A stretch of 64,000 nt of DNA, taken from the NCBI GenBank assembly GCA_045535785.1, contig JAZSMH010000031.1, positions 61,903-125,902 on the forward strand, given 5' to 3'. The stretch's first letter is position 1. Each line of letters starts with the position of its first letter. A program made the translations under genes and the position numbers. Source of the DNA: Clostridia bacterium (lineage in GTDB: Bacteria > Bacillota > Clostridia > Christensenellales > DTU072). The notes below the pieces were generated by a model, which saw only the letters and a program-made list of their open reading frames with translations, did no database searches and was not told where the DNA came from. Below, one piece after another: positions 1 to 10,300 of the stretch.

Positions 1-948
1 CTCGTTAACGTTTGTGGAGAAAAAATATATCGAGAAATATGCGTAAGTGTTAGCAGTATAAACTTTGACTATTTAGAAAGAAAATATGCCGAAAAAGGTG
101 TAAAGATAGTCACGGTTGTAGATAAAGAATATCCGCAAGCTCTACTTTGCTATGATGATGCACCACTTATACTTTACTGCAAGGGTAATATAAATCTACT
201 CAACGTTCCTTCATTTGCGGTGGTAGGTACAAGATTTCCTACTAAGTATGGGATAAGAGTTACCGAAGATTTCGTAGAAAAACTCGTTGAGCGATTTTGT
301 ATTGTGAGCGGAATGGCTAGGGGAATAGACTCTTGTGCGCACAAAATGGCACTCAAAGAACGCGGTAAAACAATTGCGGTGCTAGGTTGTGGTGTAGACG
401 TTATTTATCCGCCCGAAAATCATCAATTATACCGGGATATAGTTGAGAATGGCTTGATAATTAGCGAATATGACGTAGGTGAAGAAGCTAACGCGCATAA
501 TTTTCCAGCGAGGAATAGAATAATAAGCGGTTTATCAAGAGCGGTATTGATTACAGAGGCAGGAGAGAACAGTGGGACAATGTTAACGCTTAAATATTCG
601 TTGGAACAAGGCAAAGACGTTTTTTGTGTGCCGGGCAGTATTTATAATAAAGCAAGTGCCGGTTGCAATAAGAGTATAAAATCTTGCCAAACGCGCATGG
701 TTACAGACGTAAACGATATTTATTATGAACTAGGAATGCAAAAAGTTAGCAACATAAAACCTAGCGGATTGCAACTTGACATAAATGAGGACAATATAGT
801 TAACGCACTAACAAAGAATGGCGAAATGCACTTTGAAGAATTGTTAGCAGTCGTTGACTTGGGAGTTTCTCAACTTAATTCTTTGTTAATAAAAATGACA
901 GCAATAGGTCTTATTACCAAGACCAAAAACAATTATTGGAGTATATAG
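1..948 (+). CDS. dprA: DNA processing/protecting protein DprA (Smf), 5'-truncated by the window edge
   Basis: Frame 1 is open from nt 1 (LVNVCGEKIY...SFAVVGTRFPTKYG), so the track start at 220 is internal. DprA motifs present: AVVGTR, SGMARGIDSCAH, VLGCGVDVIYPPEN, FPARNRIISGLS. Sits directly upstream of topA, as in Firmicutes. Confidence 0.85.
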   Translation, partial: LVNVCGEKIYREICVSVSSINFDYLERKYAEKGVKIVTVVDKEYPQALLCYDDAPLILYCKGNINLLNVPSFAVVGTRFPTKYGIRVTEDFVEKLVERFCIVSGMARGIDSCAHKMALKERGKTIAVLGCGVDVIYPPENHQLYRDIVENGLIISEYDVGEEANAHNFPARNRIISGLSRAVLITEAGENSGTMLTLKYSLEQGKDVFCVPGSIYNKASAGCNKSIKSCQTRMVTDVNDIYYELGMQKVSNIKPSGLQLDINEDNIVNALTKNGEMHFEELLAVVDLGVSQLNSLLIKMTAIGLITKTKNNYWSI

Positions 949-951
949 TAA

Positions 952-3063
952 ATGAAATTAGTTATTGTGGAATCGCCCACTAAAGCGAAAACCATACAAA
1001 AGTACCTAGGTAAAGACTTTAGAGTACTAGCAAGTGGTGGACACGTTTGTGATTTACCTGAAAAAAGTATGGGAATTGACATTGACGATAACTTCAGACC
1101 AAGTTACGTAATGGTTAAAGAAAAAAAAGAAACCGTTAAAAGGTTAAAAACAGCAGTTAAAGAAAGTGAACAAATTTATCTCGCAACCGACCCAGATAGA
1201 GAGGGTGAAGCAATTAGTTGGCATCTCGCTAACGTGTTAGAACTCGGTGACAGTGCACAAAGAATAGAGTTCAACGAAATAAGCAAACGCGCAGTTAACG
1301 CTGCGATAAGCAAGCCTAGAAAAATTAATATTAATCTAGTCAATGCCCAACAAGCACGTAGAGTTTTGGATAGATTAGTTGGATACAAGATCAGCCCAAT
1401 ACTTAATCAAAAAATCAAGCAAGGATTATCTGGTGGTAGAGTGCAAAGTGCCGCTTTGAAGATGATAGTCGACAAAGAGCGCGAGATTAGAGCATTCGTA
1501 CCTGAAGAATATTGGAACGTAACGGCAATGCTCACTAAGCTCGGTAAAGCAACGGCGTTCAAGGCTGCACTTAACGACTGTAACGGCAAGAAGTTTAAAA
1601 TCAATAACGCAGAGAGTGTAGAAAGCGTTTGCGCACAGTTAAATACCGCGAAATACGTTGTTGATACGGTAAAGCGCGGTGAGAGTAAGTCACATCCAGG
1701 CGCACCTTTTACTACTAGTACTCTTCAACAGGACGGTTCTAGCAGATTACAAATGTCTGCGCCTGAGGTAATGAAGCTTGCTCAACAATTATACGAAGGT
1801 ATAAATATCGAAGGTATGGGATTAACTGCACTTGTTACCTATATTCGTACTGATAGCGTTAGAGTAAGTGTAGAAGCTCAAAACGAAGCAAAAGCTTATA
1901 TAATCAAGCATTTCGGCGCAGAATATGCACCTGAAAAGTTCAATTACTATGCTGTAAAAAATAGTGCGGCAATACAAGATGCACACGAAGCGATTAGACC
2001 TATATCACTTGATATAACGCCCGAAAGCATCAAAGACAAGGTAAGTCGTAATTTGTATAGATTGTACAAATTGATTTATGATAGATTCTTGGCGAGCCAA
2101 ATGTCGGAAGCGGTATACAATACGCTCAATGTTCATATTAACGCTGATTGTGGAGATACCGTTTACGGGTTTAAGATTAATGGAAAAACCGTTATATTTA
2201 AGGGTTATACCGTTGCTTACGAACACGACAAAGAAGATGAAGACGGTGCAAGTTCTTCAAGACTTCCCGACTTTAAAGAAGGTGAAGAACTTAATTTGAA
2301 AGAGTTAAAGAAAGAACAAAAATTCACGAAAGCACCTTCTAGATATACCGAAGCAACGCTTATTAAGGCTATGGAAGAAAACGGTATAGGAAGACCTGCA
2401 ACTTACGCTAACGTAATATCGGTTCTTTCTCATCGTGAATATACCGAAAAAGAAGGTAAAGCGTTGAAACCCACCGCTTTAGGTGAAACAGTAACGCAAT
2501 TTATGGAAAAGAACTTTGCCGATATCGTAGACGTTGCGTTCACAGCATCAATGGAAACGAAACTTGACGACGTTGTTAACGGAGAACAATGGCAAGACGT
2601 TATTAGTGAGTTTTATCCGCATTTTAACGATTGTATAAGACAAGCGTATTTTGGTGAAAAAAGAGTTAAACTTGAAGAAGAAGTAACGGACGTTATTTGC
2701 GACAAATGTGGAGCAAATATGGTTGTCCGTAACGGTAAATTCGGGAAATTCTTGGCGTGCCCCAATTATCCGAAGTGTAAGAACATAAAGAATATAGTTG
2801 AACCAGTGGGTACTTGTCCTCGTTGCGGTAAAGATATCGTTAAGAAAAAGACAAGGAATGGCAAGGTGTTCTTTGGTTGCAGTAATTATCCCGAATGTGA
2901 TTTCATGAGTTGGGAATTGCCAGCTCCTCAATTTTGTCCTATATGTAGGAACGTTATGAGAATAATTGTTAAGGATAATGAGACACAATACGTGTGTATC
3001 AACAAGAACTGTAATCACACAATAATACCCAAACAAGATAAAAACGTAGAAAACAATGGCTAG
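952..3063 (+). CDS. topA: DNA topoisomerase I (type IA) with three C-terminal C4 zinc ribbons
   Basis: Toprim N-terminus MKLVIVESPTKAKTIQKYLG and DPDREGEAISWH. Active-site Tyr context YIRTDS. C-terminal CDKCG...CPNYPKC, CPRCG...CSNYPEC and CPICR...CINKNC. Confidence 0.95.
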   Translation: MKLVIVESPTKAKTIQKYLGKDFRVLASGGHVCDLPEKSMGIDIDDNFRPSYVMVKEKKETVKRLKTAVKESEQIYLATDPDREGEAISWHLANVLELGDSAQRIEFNEISKRAVNAAISKPRKININLVNAQQARRVLDRLVGYKISPILNQKIKQGLSGGRVQSAALKMIVDKEREIRAFVPEEYWNVTAMLTKLGKATAFKAALNDCNGKKFKINNAESVESVCAQLNTAKYVVDTVKRGESKSHPGAPFTTSTLQQDGSSRLQMSAPEVMKLAQQLYEGINIEGMGLTALVTYIRTDSVRVSVEAQNEAKAYIIKHFGAEYAPEKFNYYAVKNSAAIQDAHEAIRPISLDITPESIKDKVSRNLYRLYKLIYDRFLASQMSEAVYNTLNVHINADCGDTVYGFKINGKTVIFKGYTVAYEHDKEDEDGASSSRLPDFKEGEELNLKELKKEQKFTKAPSRYTEATLIKAMEENGIGRPATYANVISVLSHREYTEKEGKALKPTALGETVTQFMEKNFADIVDVAFTASMETKLDDVVNGEQWQDVISEFYPHFNDCIRQAYFGEKRVKLEEEVTDVICDKCGANMVVRNGKFGKFLACPNYPKCKNIKNIVEPVGTCPRCGKDIVKKKTRNGKVFFGCSNYPECDFMSWELPAPQFCPICRNVMRIIVKDNETQYVCINKNCNHTIIPKQDKNVENNG

Positions 3064-4363
3064 TATAAAAATAATCGGTGGGGGACTCGCGGGAAGCGAG
3101 TGCGCATATCAACTTGCAAAAAGGGGGCACGACGTCACCATTGTTGAAATGCGTCCTATCGTAAACACTGCCGTCCACAAAACGGGAAATTTTGCAGAAC
3201 TGGTATGTAGCAACAGCTTGAAGTCTACAGACGTGAACACTTCGCAAGGTCTATTAAAAAAAGAACTAGAAATGTTAGACTGCATGATACTTGACGTTGC
3301 TAGGCAATGTAGTGTTCCCGCAGGTGGTGCACTAGCTGTAGATAGAGAGAAGTTTGCTACAAAAGTACAAGAAGTAATTGATAATTTTGATAACGTTCAC
3401 GTTATTAGAGAAGAGTGTACGCAAGTGGTGGATGATAACTATGATTTCGTAGTAGTTGCTAGCGGTCCGCTTACTTCCGATCTTCTAGCGGAAGACGTTA
3501 TGAAAATAACGGGTTCTGAAAGTCTATATTTTTATGACGCAGTAGCGCCTATAGTAACTTCTGAGAGCATAGATAAAGATAATGCTTTCTTTGCGGGAAG
3601 ATATAATAAGGGTGGTGACGATTACCTTAACTGCCCTATGAATAGAGAAGAATACTATGAGTTTGTTCGCGAATTGGTATCTGCGGATACAGTTATTCTT
3701 AAAGATTTTGAGAAGAAGGACGTATTCAACGCGTGCATGCCCGTTGAAGTAATGGCAAAAAGAGGAGAAGAAAGTTTACGTTTTGGCCCGTTGCGCCCTG
3801 TGGGAATATATAATCCTAAGACTAACGTAAGACCTTACGCGGTAGTACAACTTCGTAAGGAAGATAATTACGATCAACTCTATAACTTAGTCGGATTTCA
3901 AACTAACCTTAAGTTTGGTGAGCAAGAGCGTGTCTTTAAGATGATTCCAGCCTTAAAGAATGCGGAATTCGTTAGATACGGTGTTATGCATAGGAATACT
4001 TTTATAAACGCACCGAGACTACTAAATGGGGATTTTAGTTTAAAATCTCACAAGAACGTCTATTTTGCAGGACAAATTAGCGGAGTTGAAGGTTATTTAG
4101 AAAGTACGATGAGCGGACTTATTACCGCTTTATCAATTGATAGAACTGTTAATGGAAAAGAATTTTTGCTTCCACCTAAAACAACGGCGATAGGTAGTTT
4201 GATAGCGTATATAACGACGGAAACAAAGAATTTTCAACCTATGCACGTAAGTTATTCTTTGATACCAGAACTAGAAGAACACGTGCGTGATAAGAAGTTA
4301 AGAAAAGCTAAATACAGCGAAAGAGCATTAGTTGATATGCAAAAATACGTAGAACTATTGTAA
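3056..4363 (+). CDS. trmFO: Methylenetetrahydrofolate--tRNA-(uracil54-C5)-methyltransferase TrmFO (Gid)
   Basis: FAD-binding N-terminus [21 protein letters not shown]. Length of 435 aa and position after topA both fit. Overlaps the topA stop by 8 nt (ATGGCTAG). Confidence 0.9.
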   Translation: MASIKIIGGGLAGSECAYQLAKRGHDVTIVEMRPIVNTAVHKTGNFAELVCSNSLKSTDVNTSQGLLKKELEMLDCMILDVARQCSVPAGGALAVDREKFATKVQEVIDNFDNVHVIREECTQVVDDNYDFVVVASGPLTSDLLAEDVMKITGSESLYFYDAVAPIVTSESIDKDNAFFAGRYNKGGDDYLNCPMNREEYYEFVRELVSADTVILKDFEKKDVFNACMPVEVMAKRGEESLRFGPLRPVGIYNPKTNVRPYAVVQLRKEDNYDQLYNLVGFQTNLKFGEQERVFKMIPALKNAEFVRYGVMHRNTFINAPRLLNGDFSLKSHKNVYFAGQISGVEGYLESTMSGLITALSIDRTVNGKEFLLPPKTTAIGSLIAYITTETKNFQPMHVSYSLIPELEEHVRDKKLRKAKYSERALVDMQKYVELL

Positions 4364-4376
4364 AGGAGAAAAGTTT

Positions 4377-4910
4377 ATGGAAATGAGAGGAACGACGATT
4401 TGTGCAGTCAAGCGTGATGGAGTTACCGCAGTAGCAGGCGACGGACAAGTTACAATGGGGCAAAGCATTGTAATGAAGGGCAACGCAAAAAAAGTTAAAA
4501 GAATATACGACGACAAGGTTGTCGTAGGTTTTGCTGGTAGCGTAAGCGATGCGTTCACTTTGAGTGAAAAATTCGAAGAAATGTTACAAAAGTATTCGGG
4601 TAATTTGATGAGAAGCGCCGTTGAGCTTGCAGAATGTTGGAGAAGTGGCGGTGTCAATCGTAATCTGGAAGCAATGCTTATTGTTGCAGACAAAGAAAGT
4701 CTGTACGTAATTAGTGGCGATGGGAACGTAATCGAACCTGAAGCAGGTGTTTGTGCTATTGGTAGCGGTGGCAACTATGCGTTAAGTGCAGCTAGAGCAC
4801 TTTTAGAAAATACCGATATGACTGCTGAACAAATAGTAAGAAAAGCAATGAAAATTGCAGGCGATATATGTATTTTTACAAATCACAACGTAATTGTTGA
4901 GACGGTATAA
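4377..4910 (+). CDS. hslV: ATP-dependent protease HslVU, peptidase subunit HslV (ClpQ)
   Basis: N-terminal GTTICAV with the catalytic Thr region. [14 protein letters not shown] motif. AGGAG at 4364-4368 precedes ATG 4377. Confidence 0.9.
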   Translation: MEMRGTTICAVKRDGVTAVAGDGQVTMGQSIVMKGNAKKVKRIYDDKVVVGFAGSVSDAFTLSEKFEEMLQKYSGNLMRSAVELAECWRSGGVNRNLEAMLIVADKESLYVISGDGNVIEPEAGVCAIGSGGNYALSAARALLENTDMTAEQIVRKAMKIAGDICIFTNHNVIVETV

Positions 4911-4920
4911 GGAGGAGAAT

Positions 4921-6243
4921 ATGGAATTAACACCTAGACAAATAGTATTTGAACTTGACCGTTATATCATTGGACAAGACGAAGCAAAAAAGGCGGTAGC
5001 TGTTGCTTTGCGCAACAGATATAGAAGAAGAATGTTGCCGCAAGAAATGCGCGACGAAATTACTCCTAAGAATATCATAATGAAAGGACCTACCGGTGTA
5101 GGTAAAACGGAAATTGCAAGAAGATTGGCTAAACTAGTTAAAGCGCCTTTCGTAAAGGTGGAAGCTACCAAGTTCACTGAAGTTGGTTACGTTGGACGTG
5201 ACGTTGAAAGCATGATTAGAGATCTAGTAGAAGTTTCTATTAGACTTGTAAAAGAAGAAAAAATGGCGGAAGTTGAGCCTAGAGCAAGAGAAATTGCAGA
5301 AAACAAGCTAATTAATGCTATATTCCCCATTAAGAGAAAGTCTAGTCCCGCAGAAAAGAGTGACGAAGTAGTAAGAGAAGAACTTGCAGCTGAACTTCGT
5401 TCGGGTAAACTTGATAAAATACCTGTAGAAATAGAAATTGAAGAACAGCCTAAGCAACTTAATCTAGGACCCATGGGTGCACCGCAAGACAACAATTTTG
5501 GTGAAATAATCGGTAGTATCATGCCGAAACGCAAACGTAAGCGTAAGACTAACGTAGGAACTGCGTTGAAGCTTTTTATTAACGAAGAAGCGAACAAATT
5601 AATAGATAAGGATGCTATTAATCACGAAGCACTCGTTAGAGCAGAACAAGACGGAATAATATTCATTGACGAAATGGATAAGATTGCGTCAAAAGGACAA
5701 CGCGGCGGCGGTGGTGGACCCGACGTAAGCAGAGAAGGTGTACAAAGAGATATTTTACCGATAGTTGAAGGTTGCACGGTTAACACGAAATACGGCAACG
5801 TAAAGACTGACTTCATTCTTTTCATTGCGGCTGGAGCATTCCATATTGCAAAAGTTAGCGATCTTATCCCTGAACTACAAGGTAGATTCCCCGTAATGGT
5901 AAATTTGCAAAGTTTGACGGAAGAAGACTTTGTTAAGATTTTGAAAGAACCCGACAACGCTATTATAATGCAATATGCAGAAATGTTGAAGGTAGACAAA
6001 GTGGATTTACGCTTTACAGATGATGCTATTACGGAAATGGCAAAGATAGCTTTCTTAGAAAACGAAAATAAAGAAAATATTGGCGCAAGAAGATTGCATA
6101 CGATTATGGAAAAGCTATTAGAAGACTTGTCTTTCGAAGCGTGTGGCGATCAAGAAATATCGGTTGTAGTAGACAAAGAATACGTTGATAAACATCTTGA
6201 ATCGGCACTTAAATCAATGAATTTGAAAAAATATATTCTTTAA
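4921..6243 (+). CDS. hslU: ATP-dependent protease HslVU, ATPase subunit HslU (ClpY)
   Basis: MELTPRQIV...[21 protein letters not shown]. Walker [16 protein letters not shown] and Walker [16 protein letters not shown] at 4911-4915 sits 5 nt before ATG 4921. The track start at 4894 overlaps hslV and lacks an SD. Confidence 0.9.
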   Translation: MELTPRQIVFELDRYIIGQDEAKKAVAVALRNRYRRRMLPQEMRDEITPKNIIMKGPTGVGKTEIARRLAKLVKAPFVKVEATKFTEVGYVGRDVESMIRDLVEVSIRLVKEEKMAEVEPRAREIAENKLINAIFPIKRKSSPAEKSDEVVREELAAELRSGKLDKIPVEIEIEEQPKQLNLGPMGAPQDNNFGEIIGSIMPKRKRKRKTNVGTALKLFINEEANKLIDKDAINHEALVRAEQDGIIFIDEMDKIASKGQRGGGGGPDVSREGVQRDILPIVEGCTVNTKYGNVKTDFILFIAAGAFHIAKVSDLIPELQGRFPVMVNLQSLTEEDFVKILKEPDNAIIMQYAEMLKVDKVDLRFTDDAITEMAKIAFLENENKENIGARRLHTIMEKLLEDLSFEACGDQEISVVVDKEYVDKHLESALKSMNLKKYIL

Positions 6244-6256
6244 TTAGAGGAAAAAT

Positions 6257-7510
6257 ATGATTAATATACCGAAAGGAACCAAAGACGTACTGCCTGAAGA
6301 AAGTTACAAATGGCATTACGTTGAAGACAAGATTAGAAAAACAACCTCGGCATACGGATACAAGGAGATAAGAACTCCCACGTTCGAACATACCGAATTA
6401 TTTTTAAGAGGCGTAGGGGATACTACCGATATCGTGAATAAAGAAATGTATACTTTTATGGATAAAGGCAATAGAAGTATTACGTTAAAGCCCGAAGGAA
6501 CGGCAGGAGTTGCGAGAAGTTTTGTAGAAAATTCGCTTATCGGCAATCCGCAACCTACTAGAATGTACTACGTTACACCCGTATTCCGCTATGAAAAGCC
6601 TCAAGCGGGTAGATTGAGAGAACACCATCAATTTGGCGTTGAATTATATGGTAGCGCATCAGCTTATGCTGACGTAGAGGTTATTTCACTTGTAAAGAAT
6701 TTCTTTGATAGCCTTAATCTTAAAGATATAACGCTCAATATAAACAGCATAGGTTGTCCTAAGTGTAGAAAAGAATATTCGGAAGCACTAGTAAAATTCT
6801 TTAACGAGAATATTGATAAACTATGTCCTACGTGTAAAGAAAGATTAAATAGAGCGCCTTTGAGAGTTCTGGACTGCAAGATAGATGCGTGTAAAGAAAT
6901 CGCAAAAGATGCGCCCGTAGTGCTTGATTATTTGTGTGACGACTGTAAGGAACACCACAACAAAGTTCTTAAAGGTCTTGATAATTTAGGAATAGATTAT
7001 ACTGTTAATCCGCGTATAGTTAGAGGTCTTGATTATTATACTCGCACAGTTTTTGAATTCGTGAGCAATACGATAGGAAGTCAAGGTACCGTTTGCGGTG
7101 GTGGTAGATACAACAATCTTGTATCGACTATCGGTGGAAGCGACGTGCCTGCAGTGGGTTTTGGTATGGGTATAGAGAGACTTATTATGGTAATGGAAAA
7201 CGCACAACTTAACATTGGCGAGAACGTTAAGCCCTTACTATACATTGCACCGCTTGGTAGTGAGCAATATTCTTATGCTCAAAAACTCGTTGCGAATTTA
7301 AGAAGTAAAGGTGTGTTGGTTCAAACGGATATAATGGAAAAAAGCTTGAAAGCACAACTAAAATACGCAGATAAAATGGGATTTAGATACGTTGTTATAC
7401 TTGGAGAAGATGAAATTAAAAATAACAAAATAATGCTTAAGGACATGTTTGATAAAAATAACAACAAAGAAATTTCTATTGAAGAATTATATACAATATT
7501 TGTGAAATAA
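6257..7510 (+). CDS. hisS: Histidine--tRNA ligase (class II)
   Basis: GTKDVLPEE. Motif 2 region YYVTPVFRYEKPQAGRLREHHQFGVELYG. Motif 3 GGGRYNNL. C-terminal anticodon-binding domain. Only 13 nt after hslU. Confidence 0.92.
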   Translation: MINIPKGTKDVLPEESYKWHYVEDKIRKTTSAYGYKEIRTPTFEHTELFLRGVGDTTDIVNKEMYTFMDKGNRSITLKPEGTAGVARSFVENSLIGNPQPTRMYYVTPVFRYEKPQAGRLREHHQFGVELYGSASAYADVEVISLVKNFFDSLNLKDITLNINSIGCPKCRKEYSEALVKFFNENIDKLCPTCKERLNRAPLRVLDCKIDACKEIAKDAPVVLDYLCDDCKEHHNKVLKGLDNLGIDYTVNPRIVRGLDYYTRTVFEFVSNTIGSQGTVCGGGRYNNLVSTIGGSDVPAVGFGMGIERLIMVMENAQLNIGENVKPLLYIAPLGSEQYSYAQKLVANLRSKGVLVQTDIMEKSLKAQLKYADKMGFRYVVILGEDEIKNNKIMLKDMFDKNNNKEISIEELYTIFVK

Positions 7511-7531
7511 TCTCAAACAGGAGGTATTGAT

Positions 7532-7858
7532 ATGAAAGTTTTGAAACCTAACGAAATTAGCTCAATGCATAATGATAAATACGCGGTAGTTGACTTTTTT
7601 GCAACTTGGTGCGGACCTTGTGCGTATATGGAGCCTTTTTACAAAGAAGCAGAGAAAGAACTTAATGAATTAGGCGCAGTGTGCTATAAAGTTGACGTAG
7701 ACGAATGTGAGAAGTTCGCTATAGATAATTCCATACAATTCGTGCCTACCGTCATTCTGTATAACTACGGCAAAGAGATGGCAAGATTCAATGGTTCGAA
7801 AAATAAACAAGGCATAATAGATTTTGTAAAACAATCTATAAATGGTTGCTTTATATAA
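7532..7858 (+). CDS. trxA: Thioredoxin
   Basis: 108 aa with the WCGPC active site (FFATWCGPCAYMEP). GGAGG-like aacaggagg lies upstream. Confidence 0.85.
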   Translation: MKVLKPNEISSMHNDKYAVVDFFATWCGPCAYMEPFYKEAEKELNELGAVCYKVDVDECEKFAIDNSIQFVPTVILYNYGKEMARFNGSKNKQGIIDFVKQSINGCFI

Positions 7859-7874
7859 AAAATCGCGTTATAAT
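7846..7874 (+). promoter_or_regulatory. Candidate sigma-A promoter for nifS-nifU
   Basis: TTGCTT (7846-7851), 17 nt spacer, TATAAT (7869-7874). It overlaps the end of trx. Confidence 0.35.
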
Positions 7875-7940
7875 TTTATAAAGCTAAGGCACATATGATA
7901 ATGTATTATTTGTAGCCAACGCTACAAAAATGGGGTAAAA

Positions 7941-9122
7941 ATGAAAGTATACTTAGATAATTCTGCTACTACTTCGATGGATAAACGAGTGCTTGATAGC
8001 ATGTTGCCTTATATGTGTGACGTATACGGCAATGCTTCTTCGTTGCATTTTTTTGGAAGAGAAGCAGCATCCGCAGTAGATGAAGCGAGAGCAACGCTAG
8101 CTAACCTTATTGGTGCAAAAGCTAGCGAAATATACGTTACGAGTGGTGGAACGGAAAGTGACAACTGGGCATTACGCGGGGTAATGGAAGCTAACAAAAA
8201 GAACGGTAAGCATTTGATTACTACGGTTATAGAGCACCCGGCAATGATACAAACTTGCAAACAACTTGAAAGGGAAGGCTACGAAGTAACGTACGTTGGC
8301 GTTGATTCTGATGGAAGGGTAAGCCTTGACGACATAGAGAACGCCGTTAGGGATGATACCGTAATGATTTCCGTAATGTTTGCGAACAACGAAATGGGCG
8401 CAATACAACCGATAAAGGAAATTGGTGCGTTTTGCAAAGAAAACGGCATTATTTTCCATACGGATGCCGTTCAAGCAATGGGAAGTATAAAGATTGACGT
8501 TAACGAATACAATATCGATCTTTTAAGTTTATCCGCGCATAAATTCCATGGACCTAAGGGGATTGGCTTATTGTACGTAAGAAGTGGTGTAAGAATTAAC
8601 AAGTTAATAAATGGTGGACATCAAGAGAGATCTTATCGTCCCGGCACTACGAATACCGCAGGTATCGTAGGAATGGCAAAGGCTTTATCTATTGCCGTTG
8701 AAGAAATGGAAGAGAACAACAAGAAAGTTAAATTCTTGAGAGATAGATTTATCGATGGAGTTCTCGCAAGAATAAGCGATTGCAAACTAAACGGCGGACG
8801 CGAGCATAGGCTAGTAAGTAATGCTAATTTTAGTTTTGCATATATAGAAGGCGAATCTATCCTTATGACGCTTGACTTGAATGGCATAGCGGTAAGTAGC
8901 GGGTCTGCATGTAGCAGTGGTAGCCTTGAGCCATCGTACGTTATTCTTGCTACCGGTGCGGAGATAGAAGAAGCGCATAGTTCGATAAGATTTAGCTTTG
9001 GAAAAGATAATACAATAGAAGAAGTAGACTACGTGCTCGACACGCTTGTACAGACTATAGAAAAATTGCGTAGTTGGTCACCGTTATTTAAACAACAAAA
9101 AGGAGAAAGTTACAATGTATAA
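7941..9122 (+). CDS. nifS: Cysteine desulfurase (NifS/IscS type, PLP-dependent)
   Basis: PLP-lysine context SAHKFHGPKGIG. Active-site Cys loop SSGSACSSGS. Paired with a downstream U-type scaffold gene. Confidence 0.9.
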   Translation: MKVYLDNSATTSMDKRVLDSMLPYMCDVYGNASSLHFFGREAASAVDEARATLANLIGAKASEIYVTSGGTESDNWALRGVMEANKKNGKHLITTVIEHPAMIQTCKQLEREGYEVTYVGVDSDGRVSLDDIENAVRDDTVMISVMFANNEMGAIQPIKEIGAFCKENGIIFHTDAVQAMGSIKIDVNEYNIDLLSLSAHKFHGPKGIGLLYVRSGVRINKLINGGHQERSYRPGTTNTAGIVGMAKALSIAVEEMEENNKKVKFLRDRFIDGVLARISDCKLNGGREHRLVSNANFSFAYIEGESILMTLDLNGIAVSSGSACSSGSLEPSYVILATGAEIEEAHSSIRFSFGKDNTIEEVDYVLDTLVQTIEKLRSWSPLFKQQKGESYNV

Positions 9123-9492
9123 TAAGAAAGTGTTAGATACTTTTGCAAATCCTCAAAACGTAGGCGAAATAGTTAATGCAGATGGCGTCGGTACCGTTGG
9201 TAACGCTAAATGTGGAGATATAATGCAAGTATCTTTGAAGATAGAGAACGATATAATCGTAGATGCTAAGTTCAAGACTTTTGGATGCGCAGCGGCTATT
9301 GCAAGTAGTTCTATAGCAACGCAAATGGTTATTGGCAAAACGATTGATGAAGCTCTTGCAATAAAGAACTCTGACGTAGTAGAAGCACTAGAAGGCCTAC
9401 CTCCTCAAAAGATCCACTGCTCGGTACTTGCAGAAGAGGCTATAGCAGAAGCTATAAAAGATTATAGAGCTAAACAATTAGAGAACAAATAG
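9115..9492 (+). CDS. nifU: Fe-S cluster assembly scaffold (NifU N-terminal/IscU type)
   Basis: Three conserved Cys contexts: GNAKCGD, FKTFGCAAAIASSS, KIHCSVLAEEA. Overlaps the nifS stop by 8 nt. Confidence 0.88.
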   Translation: MYNKKVLDTFANPQNVGEIVNADGVGTVGNAKCGDIMQVSLKIENDIIVDAKFKTFGCAAAIASSSIATQMVIGKTIDEALAIKNSDVVEALEGLPPQKIHCSVLAEEAIAEAIKDYRAKQLENK

Positions 9493-9523
9493 TAAGCGAA
9501 AAAATATTTTTAAACGCAAAAAA

Positions 9524-9557
9524 CTGTCCCACGTTGGTGGGACAGTTAATTTTTTTT
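9524..9557. terminator. Bidirectional intrinsic terminator between nifU (+) and rpmB (-)
   Basis: Perfect 9-bp stem CTGTCCCAC/GTGGGACAG with loop GTTG. A T-run follows on the + strand (9550-9557). An A-run precedes it, which reads as a T-run for the minus-strand transcript. Confidence 0.75.
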
Positions 9558-9571
9558 AAATTTTAGAAAAA

Positions 9572-9766
9572 TTATTCTGCCTTGGTCTTCTTTCTAGTTC
9601 TTAGACAACGAGTGCAAATATAGTTGTAAGAAACGCTGCCATTTTCATCGATATCCTTAACCTTATGAACGTTAGCTTTCCAACTTCTTCTGGTCTTTAT
9701 GTTACTATGGCTAACCTTGTTGCCACTAATTTGTTTTTTACCGCATTCGCTACATACTCTGCTCAT
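9572..9766 (-). CDS. rpmB: 50S ribosomal protein L28 (zinc-ribbon C+ form)
   Basis: MSRVCSECGKKQISGNKVSHSNIKTRRSWKANVHKVK. A second Cys pair CTRC is present. GGAGG SD precedes the start. Confidence 0.92.
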   Translation of the reverse strand: MSRVCSECGKKQISGNKVSHSNIKTRRSWKANVHKVKDIDENGSVSYNYICTRCLRTRKKTKAE

Positions 9767-9798
9767 GACATGTACCTCCTAAATAAATCAACGCAACA

Positions 9799-9827
9799 AT
9801 TATACAATGCTTTTTTGTAATTTGCAA
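9799..9827 (-). promoter_or_regulatory. Candidate sigma-A promoter for rpmB
   Basis: On the minus strand: TTGCAA (9822-9827), 17 nt spacer, TATAAT (complement of 9799-9804). Confidence 0.5.
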
Positions 9828-9855
9828 TTGTTTTTATACATTTTTTTTTATTTAC

Positions 9856-9884
9856 TTGCAATTTTTCCGATTATATACTATGAT
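9856..9884 (+). promoter_or_regulatory. Candidate sigma-A promoter for asp23-yloV-recG
   Basis: TTGCAA (9856-9861), 17 nt spacer, TATGAT (9879-9884). Confidence 0.4.
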
Positions 9885-9926
9885 AAATATGTATAAAAAT
9901 ATATACAACACGATTTAGGTGAGATA

Positions 9927-10277
9927 ATGGCATTACAAACAAGCAACATTTACGGTAATATAGTGGTTTCGGACGAGGCAGTTGCCTTTGTTGTTAAGAA
10001 AGTTGCTATAGAGTGTTATGGTGTCGCAGGGCTAGTTAGTAGACGTCTTAGCGACAGTGTTTTGATGCTTTTTAACAAAGAGCCCGTATCCAAAGGAATA
10101 AAGTTGGTTACGGTAGATAACAAAATTTATATTGACGTTTATTGTTTGATCGTTAGTGGTATCAACACCCAAGCGGTTGTAGATAGTTTGAAGTCTTCCA
10201 TAATTTATCACGTAGAACACTTTACCGGGATGATAGTTAAATCGGTAGAAGTACACGTTGTAGGAATGAAACTATAA
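9927..10277 (+). CDS. Asp23/Gls24 family envelope stress protein (YloU-like)
   Basis: 116 aa with YGNIVVSDEAVAFVVKKVAIECYGVAG, typical of Asp23/DUF322. Conserved position divergent from rpmB and upstream of the DAK2 protein. Confidence 0.85.
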   Translation: MALQTSNIYGNIVVSDEAVAFVVKKVAIECYGVAGLVSRRLSDSVLMLFNKEPVSKGIKLVTVDNKIYIDVYCLIVSGINTQAVVDSLKSSIIYHVEHFTGMIVKSVEVHVVGMKL

Positions 10278-10300
10278 TAATAACGTCAAAGAGAGGATAG

